DNA of 20,000 bases, taken from an uncultured virus (IMG/VR IMGVR_UViG_3300046513_000233). Its lineage: Duplodnaviria > Heunggongvirae > Uroviricota > Caudoviricetes. This document shows positions 14,689 to 20,000 of the stretch, in pieces. Within the stretch, counting starts at the first letter, position 1; every line of letters begins with the position of its first letter. Location: IMG/VR virus record IMGVR_UViG_3300046513_000233. One strand, given 5' to 3'. Both the position numbers and the translations under genes were made by a program. The notes below the pieces were generated by a model. It did not search any database and was not told where the DNA came from. It saw nothing but the letters and a program-made list of their open reading frames with translations.

Positions 14689-15228
14689 ATGGCAAGTCTT
14701 AACGGTCAATATGATCCGGAAGCAGGCGTACCCGGCGTATACGAAGTCTTCGAAGCCGGCCCCAACCCGATGGAAGTTGTTGAGTCCGACATCGTCGCGA
14801 CGAAGGCCGGCACTGGCAAGCTTCTGAAGTACAAGGTTCGTATTACGGAAGGCGACAACGAAGACCGTTTGGTTTTCGGGCAGTTCAACTTGCAGAACCC
14901 GAATCCCGTCGCAACGAAGATCGGGCAGGAAGAGTTCCGTGCGCTCCGCGAAGTCGTCGGTGTCCTTGAACCGGAAGATACCCAAGACCTGCATTTCAAG
15001 CAGTTCATTGGCTACGTGAAGATTACGCCGGCCAAAGGCGAGTACGCGGCCAAGAACGAAATCGATTGGGGCAAGACCTACAAAATCTTCACCGATGGTG
15101 TCGACGCTGTAGCGCCGCCAGCCAACGACAATGAGAAGCCCGCACCGGCCAAGGCTGCACCGGTCAAGGCCGCTGCGAAGCCCGCTGCAGGCGCTGCCAA
15201 GGCTCCGTGGCCTAGGAAGGCTGCGTAA
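14689..15228 (+). CDS. DUF669-like single-stranded DNA-binding protein
   Basis: SDIVATKAGTGKLLK...ITEG..EDRLVFGQFNLQNPNPVATKIGQ...YAAKNEI; lies between the Sak4-like ATPase and the exonuclease; AGGAG RBS. Confidence 0.82.
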   Translation: MASLNGQYDPEAGVPGVYEVFEAGPNPMEVVESDIVATKAGTGKLLKYKVRITEGDNEDRLVFGQFNLQNPNPVATKIGQEEFRALREVVGVLEPEDTQDLHFKQFIGYVKITPAKGEYAAKNEIDWGKTYKIFTDGVDAVAPPANDNEKPAPAKAAPVKAAAKPAAGAAKAPWPRKAA

Positions 15229-15248
15229 CTAGTCGCCGTAAGACGTTT

Positions 15249-15281
15249 GGGGGTGGAGACGACAAACCCCCGCTTATTTTT
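15249..15281 (+). terminator. Possible weak intrinsic terminator/attenuator
   Basis: GGGGGT (15249-15254) / ACCCCC (15266-15271) followed by GCTTATTTTT. Confidence 0.35.
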
Positions 15282-15292
15282 AGGAAACCATT

Positions 15293-16234
15293 TTGGCAAA
15301 GCTTACCGAAGACCTAGTTATGCCGCCGCAATTGACTGTGGCCGCGATCTACGCCGCGTATGAAGCTGCGAAAGAAGAATGGGACTCGCTTGGCATCTCT
15401 GTTGGCGAGCTTGGCGAAGAGTGTCAGAGGAAATTGTACTATGCACTTCATTGGGTGACGCATCCGGAGAAAGTGCCGGGGCGCAATCTTCGCCTGTTTG
15501 ATACAGGCAATATCGAAGAAGACCGGATGGTGGCGGACCTGCAGCGGGCCGGTATCGAGGTTTTCGGGCAGCAAGATAAAATTCGCTTGGTGTCTGGCCA
15601 CGTGCGCGGAAAGATCGATGGCCGATGCCTTGGCCTGCCGGAAGCTGCGAAGACTGAGCATCTTGTCGAATTCAAATCGAGTAACGACAAGAATTTCAAG
15701 CTGCTTCTAAAGAAGGGATGCAAGGAAGCGAAACCGCTGCACTATTGCCAAGTGCAGATGGGCTGCCACGCGTTTGGCTTGACTCGCGGTCTCTATCTTG
15801 TCGTGAACAAAAACGATGACACCTTGTATCAAGAGCGCATTGAGTACGATGTAGAGTATTGCCTAAAGATGCTTGCGAAGGCTGAACGCATCATTCGCGC
15901 TACATCGCCTCCGCCTCGCATCTCAGAAGACCCCGAGTTTTTCGGCTGCCGGTTCTGCAACAAAAAAGATATTTGCCACCATGACGCTTTGCCGCGCGTG
16001 AGTTGTCGCACGTGCCTATTCGTTACGCCGCAGATGGGTGGTGATGCAGCATGGGAGTGCGGAAAGTACAATAAGCCCCTGTCGTTCGATGAACAGAAGC
16101 TGGGTTGCCCTTCCCACCTATTCGATCCCGATCTGATTTCAGCGGAACAGATCGATTCTGATGAAGTGAACGAGACGGTTACGTACCGCCTTCGTGATGG
16201 CACCATATGGGTTGATGGGCAGGTTGCGGCGTGA
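15293..16234 (+). CDS. Cas4-like PD-(D/E)XK exonuclease with Cys cluster
   Basis: ECQRKLYY, GKIDG, VEFKS, HYCQVQ, CRFCNKKDIC and CRTC; typical partner of Sak4/DUF669. Confidence 0.85.
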   Translation: MAKLTEDLVMPPQLTVAAIYAAYEAAKEEWDSLGISVGELGEECQRKLYYALHWVTHPEKVPGRNLRLFDTGNIEEDRMVADLQRAGIEVFGQQDKIRLVSGHVRGKIDGRCLGLPEAAKTEHLVEFKSSNDKNFKLLLKKGCKEAKPLHYCQVQMGCHAFGLTRGLYLVVNKNDDTLYQERIEYDVEYCLKMLAKAERIIRATSPPPRISEDPEFFGCRFCNKKDICHHDALPRVSCRTCLFVTPQMGGDAAWECGKYNKPLSFDEQKLGCPSHLFDPDLISAEQIDSDEVNETVTYRLRDGTIWVDGQVAA

Positions 16235-16956
16235 GTCTACCTAAGACTTGGAAGAGGGCCATTGAGCTTGGCCGAAAGCACTACAATACCAAGCTCAAGT
16301 GCAGCAAAGGACATTTAAGCAAGAGATTCACTGCGAATAGACAATGCGTAGAATGCTGTCTGGCACGGCAACGTGATGCGTACTGGAAAGACCCCGACTC
16401 GGAAAGAGCCCGTTTGAGAATTCGCCGCCTAGCTGATCCGCAAAAAAGTAAAGACGCTTGGGCTCGCTATTCGAAATTGAACCGCAGGATTCTAAATACC
16501 AAAAGCCGAGATCACTACGCAGCCAACATAGACGCAAAACGAGAACGCGCCCGACGCGACCACGCAAATAATAGAGAAGTCAATAACGCCAGATCGCGCC
16601 GTTACTACCAAGAGAACAAACAAAAGGTTCTTGTACAAAAAACGAATTGGCTTGCGAAACATCCGGGATACGCAGCGAGCGTAGTTCGCAATAGACGCGC
16701 ATTGAAAAAGGGAAATGGCGGCACTCATACAGTCGCGGAAGTTATTGCGATTCTTAAAAAGCAAAACTACCGATGCGTCTACTGCAATATTTCAATTCGT
16801 CACAAGCGGCACATGGATCATATCAAACCATTGTCGCGCGGCGGTTCTAACAACGCAAAGAATTTGCAGGGTCTTTGCCCTAGTTGCAATTCCAGCAAGA
16901 ATGACAAGACCCACGCTGAATATGTCAAATTTCTTAAACTGAGGAATGCAGCATGA
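16231..16956 (+). CDS. HNH endonuclease (probable free-standing homing endonuclease)
   Basis: CSKGH...CVEC N-terminus, basic helical linker, CVYC...HMDHIKPLSRGGSNNAKNLQGLCPSCNSSK; visibly more A-rich than neighbours. Confidence 0.9.
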   Translation: MSLPKTWKRAIELGRKHYNTKLKCSKGHLSKRFTANRQCVECCLARQRDAYWKDPDSERARLRIRRLADPQKSKDAWARYSKLNRRILNTKSRDHYAANIDAKRERARRDHANNREVNNARSRRYYQENKQKVLVQKTNWLAKHPGYAASVVRNRRALKKGNGGTHTVAEVIAILKKQNYRCVYCNISIRHKRHMDHIKPLSRGGSNNAKNLQGLCPSCNSSKNDKTHAEYVKFLKLRNAA

Positions 16957-17075
16957 CCAAACTTCACAAGCAAGTCACCAAAGCTCTTCGTAAAACCGAC
17001 AACGCGGAAGAAATCCCCGACTACGAAGAGTTGGCGCGTGTCGCAATCAAGGCGGTTCGCAGGGCGCTGAAGTGA
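16953..17075 (+). CDS. Hypothetical protein (40 aa)
   Basis: MTKLHKQVTKALRKTDNAEEIPDYEELARVAIKAVRRALK; GAGGA RBS; ATGA and TGATG overlaps. Confidence 0.65.
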   Translation: MTKLHKQVTKALRKTDNAEEIPDYEELARVAIKAVRRALK

Positions 17076-17242
17076 TGACCCTGCAGGTAGGCGACACCGT
17101 CGATAGTATCGAGGTTGGTACGAAGGAAGCATTTACCGGCACCATCGTTAAGGTGTTGCCGTTCGCCTACCACGTCCGCGACGCCTTCAACAAGCGCTGG
17201 CATCGCAGTGAAGACGAACTAACCCTAGTGAGGAAAGCATGA
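17075..17242 (+). CDS. Single SH3/KOW-like domain protein (55 aa)
   Basis: MTLQVGDTVDSIEVGTKEAFTGTIVKVLPFAYHVRDAFNKRWHRSEDELTLVRKA; coupled at both ends. Confidence 0.7.
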   Translation: MTLQVGDTVDSIEVGTKEAFTGTIVKVLPFAYHVRDAFNKRWHRSEDELTLVRKA

Positions 17243-17394
17243 ACACGCTTACAGGCCGCAGGCAGTACAAGTCGACCGTGCACGGACTCATTCTGCAAGT
17301 TGAGTTTTGTTTCTGGGATGTAACACGTTGGCGCTGTGCGTGGCGCGATGCCGACGTTTACGACGTGTGTAGCTTTGAGATGGCGGCTTTGTGA
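17239..17394 (+). CDS. Hypothetical phage protein (51 aa)
   Basis: MNTLTGRRQYKSTVHGLILQVEF...AWRDADVYD...; GAGGA RBS; coupled at both ends. Confidence 0.7.
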   Translation: MNTLTGRRQYKSTVHGLILQVEFCFWDVTRWRCAWRDADVYDVCSFEMAAL

Positions 17395-18179
17395 TGTTTG
17401 ACCCCACGCTAATTCACGGCGATTGCTTGGAAGTTATGGCCGACGCTCCGGACGCGAGCGTTGACATGATCTTGTGCGACTTGCCGTACGGGACGACGGC
17501 TTGCGCTTGGGACGCCGTGATTCCATTCGATCGGCTTTGGGCCGAGTATAGGCGGATATCAAGGCCGAACGCGGCCATAGTGCTAACAGCGAGTCAGCCG
17601 TTTACTTCCGCGCTAATCATGAGCGCAATCGATTTGTTCAAGTACGAATGGATTTGGGAAAAGAGCAGAGCGACGGGGCACGTTCACGCCAAGAATAAGC
17701 CGATGAAGAAGCACGAGAACGTCTTGGTTTTTTCCAAAGGGGTTACAGCCCACGCCCATTTGTCCGATCGAAGGATGAACTACTTTCCTCAAGGACTCGT
17801 GCGGAAGGTCGTTCCAACAATTCGAAAAAAAGGCGGCGAGTCGGACGCGGTTATGGGTGCCAGACCTTCAAACCGCGACACCTTACAAGAGTTCGAAGGT
17901 TACCCGCATTCTATGCTGCAGGTCGCATCAGAAGGCAAGACCGTCCACCCCACTCAAAAGCCCGTTGCGCTGATGGAATACATGATCCGCACCTATACGA
18001 ACCCGGGCGATGTCGTACTTGATAATTGCATGGGCAGCGGGACAACCGGCGTCGCGTGTAAGAATACCGGCCGGGAGTTCATTGGAATCGAAATGGACAA
18101 AACCTATTTCGACATCGCTACGGCTCGCATCTGTGCGGCCAATGATAACACGCCAGCCGTTGAAGCGGTGGCTGCATAA
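17394..18179 (+). CDS. Orphan N4/N6 DNA methyltransferase (beta class)
   Basis: ILCDLPYG, HENVLVF, HPTQKPVALMEY and LDNCMGSGTTG. Ends CAANDNTPAVEAVAA. Confidence 0.93.
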   Translation: MFDPTLIHGDCLEVMADAPDASVDMILCDLPYGTTACAWDAVIPFDRLWAEYRRISRPNAAIVLTASQPFTSALIMSAIDLFKYEWIWEKSRATGHVHAKNKPMKKHENVLVFSKGVTAHAHLSDRRMNYFPQGLVRKVVPTIRKKGGESDAVMGARPSNRDTLQEFEGYPHSMLQVASEGKTVHPTQKPVALMEYMIRTYTNPGDVVLDNCMGSGTTGVACKNTGREFIGIEMDKTYFDIATARICAANDNTPAVEAVAA

Positions 18180-19912
18180 TGCTTGAACTCCGCCCGTACC
18201 AGCATGACGCGCTAGCTGCGCTGAAAGATTATTGGCAGGCGGGTGGTGAACACCCGCTTGTGGTGCTGGCCACTGGCACCGGTAAGAGCCTTGTACAAGC
18301 GAGGCTCTGCAAGGATTTCATTGAAGAGTTCTCCGGCTTGCGCATCATATCCGTTACGCACGTCAAAGAACTGATTGAACAGAACTATCTTGAGATATTG
18401 GGCGAATGGCCGTTCGCTCCAGCCGGTATCTATTCGGCCGGTTTGGGACGCCGCGATTCTCAATCTCAAATTCTGTTTGCTGGTATCCAATCAGTTCACA
18501 ACAAAGCAAAGAAGATCGGCCACGTTGACTTGCTGATGGTCGACGAAGCCCATTTGATCCCGAAGACTGCCGACACAATGTACGGCCGGTTCATTCAAGA
18601 CTTGCTTGCGATCAATCCGGATATGCGGATTGTCGGGTTCACCGCTACGCCATACCGCACTGACAGCGGCCGGCTTGACGAAGGCGATGAGCGATTATTC
18701 ACGGAGGTTGTTTACGACTATGGAATCGCTAACGGAATACGAGACGGTTATCTTTCTCCGTTGGTGTCGAAGGCTACAGACACTGGATTTGATATGTCTG
18801 GCGTTGCTAGGCGAGGTGGGGATTATGTACCCGGTGCGCTCAACGCGGCCGTAGACAAGACAGCCACTACGCAAGCCGCCGTTCGCGAAATTGTAACTGC
18901 CGGGGCTAGCCGCAACGCTTGGCTCGTGTTCTGTGCCGGCGTACAGCATGCGGAGCACGTGAGAGACGAGTTTCGGGCTTGCGGCATTACTTGCGAGATG
19001 GTGACGGGCGATACTCCGTCGAACGAGCGCGCACGCATCCTGCGGGACTTCAAGTCGGGCAAGATTAAGTGCGTTACCAACAACAGCGTGTTGACCACGG
19101 GATTTAACCACCCGGGCATTGATCTAATCGCGGACCTTCGTCCTACCCTGTCGTGTGTGCTGTACGTCCAAATTGCGGGCCGTGGTACGCGCCCGCTCTA
19201 CGCCAAGGGGTTTGACCTGTCCACGGTCGAAGGCCGTTTGGCGGCCATCGCTGCCGGTCCTAAGCCTAACTGCCTGTACATGGACTTCAGCGGCAACGTG
19301 AGTAAGCGCCACGGGCCGGTAGACACTGCGCAGCCGCGGAAGCCGGGTGAAGGTGACGGCGAAGCGCCGTGTAAGGAATGCCCCCAGTGCCGATCGCACG
19401 TACATATCAGCGCGAAGGTTTGTCCGGATTGCGAATACAAATTTCCGGAGAATGAGAAGCCAAAGCACGCCGCGACATCTGCAGCCGCGCCGATCTTGTC
19501 AACGGAGGCCCCTAAATGGCTCAACGTGCAGACTCGAAAGTTCTACTATCACGAGAACGCCGAAGGCTCTGAATCGGTTCGCGTCGAATTCCTAGCAAAC
19601 TTCGTCAACTACAAGCTTTGGCTTTCGGTGCGCAAGGCAAGGGGCCGCTGCGATAAGTTCTGGCGCGATCACGGAGGCCGCGAGCCCTACCCGACCGACG
19701 TTGAAGACTGGCTTGACCGTATCGGAGAACTGAAAGAGACGGCGCAGATTCAGGTTCGGCCGAAAGGCAAATTCTTTGAAATCGTCGGAATGAAGCCGGC
19801 AGAGCAGCACGCCCCACCGCCTAGTGCGGTGGCGATACAGAGCAAGAGGTTTGGTATGGCACCGATCCGACCTGTTACGCATAGAGATTTAGACGACGAT
19901 ATTCCATTTTAA
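18179..19912 (+). CDS. SF2 DEAH-box helicase (RadD/YejH-like) with Zn finger
   Basis: LRPYQ, ATGTGKS, VDEAH, TATPYR, LTTGFNHP, QIAGRGTR and CKECPQC...CPDC. Ends DLDDDIPF. Confidence 0.93.
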   Translation: MLELRPYQHDALAALKDYWQAGGEHPLVVLATGTGKSLVQARLCKDFIEEFSGLRIISVTHVKELIEQNYLEILGEWPFAPAGIYSAGLGRRDSQSQILFAGIQSVHNKAKKIGHVDLLMVDEAHLIPKTADTMYGRFIQDLLAINPDMRIVGFTATPYRTDSGRLDEGDERLFTEVVYDYGIANGIRDGYLSPLVSKATDTGFDMSGVARRGGDYVPGALNAAVDKTATTQAAVREIVTAGASRNAWLVFCAGVQHAEHVRDEFRACGITCEMVTGDTPSNERARILRDFKSGKIKCVTNNSVLTTGFNHPGIDLIADLRPTLSCVLYVQIAGRGTRPLYAKGFDLSTVEGRLAAIAAGPKPNCLYMDFSGNVSKRHGPVDTAQPRKPGEGDGEAPCKECPQCRSHVHISAKVCPDCEYKFPENEKPKHAATSAAAPILSTEAPKWLNVQTRKFYYHENAEGSESVRVEFLANFVNYKLWLSVRKARGRCDKFWRDHGGREPYPTDVEDWLDRIGELKETAQIQVRPKGKFFEIVGMKPAEQHAPPPSAVAIQSKRFGMAPIRPVTHRDLDDDIPF

Positions 19913-19924
19913 CGAGGACTCATT

Positions 19925-20000
19925 ATGGCCACCCACGAAGTCAAATCATGGTCGCACTTCTTCGACGCAATCGAGAGCGGCCACAAGAAGCACGACCTAC
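19925..20000 (+). CDS. DUF3850/ASCH-like protein (partial, runs off the right edge)
   Basis: GAGGA RBS; MATHEVKSWSHFFDAIESGHKKHDL fits the H.LK.W..F.AI..G.K..E.R N-terminus. Confidence 0.65.
   Translation, partial: MATHEVKSWSHFFDAIESGHKKHDL

Larger units (their letters stand above)
1..20000. mobile_element. Temperate phage/prophage early region (immunity switch plus replication/recombination modules)
   Basis: Divergent repressor/HTH pair, dense translationally coupled small ORFs, primase-polymerase, VRR-NUC, Sak4-like ATPase, DUF669, Cas4-like exonuclease, helicase and orphan MTases. No host housekeeping genes and no boundary visible. Confidence 0.93.

Noticed and set aside
15293..16234. 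CRISPR-Cas system suggested by a Cas4-like gene
   Set aside because: No repeat-spacer array or other cas genes; the context is a phage recombination module.

Overview
The whole window looks like the early (immunity, replication and recombination) region of a temperate phage or prophage. The host is probably an alphaproteobacterium of the Rhizobiales type; this is inferred from protein families and motifs, not from a search. A lambda-like switch sits at about 9.2-10.5 kb: an S24/LexA-type repressor, a divergent HTH gene, and two outward-facing 40-bp promoter/operator copies. The leftward operon encodes many small coupled ORFs, a DNA methyltransferase, a DUF6511-like protein, an RMF-like protein, an HD hydrolase, a PD-(D/E)XK nuclease, a primase-polymerase/helicase, a VRR-NUC nuclease and a DUF6456-like protein. 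The rightward operon encodes a protein with a bL12-like motif, an RNA ligase, a Sak4-like ATPase, a DUF669 SSB-like protein, a Cas4-like exonuclease, an HNH nuclease, a second methyltransferase and an SF2 helicase. Four things stand out. (1) Ten proteins end in Ala-Ala and four of them carry ANDN just upstream, resembling genome-encoded copies of the alphaproteobacterial tmRNA/ssrA degradation tag. (2) A roughly 420-nt, densely base-paired non-coding segment (7580-7997, minus strand) is a candidate large structured RNA, with more structured non-coding sequence at 8228-8615. (3) The repressor's autocleavage dyad appears substituted. (4) Several proteins resemble translation or stringent-response components. 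All family names come from motif recognition by eye.
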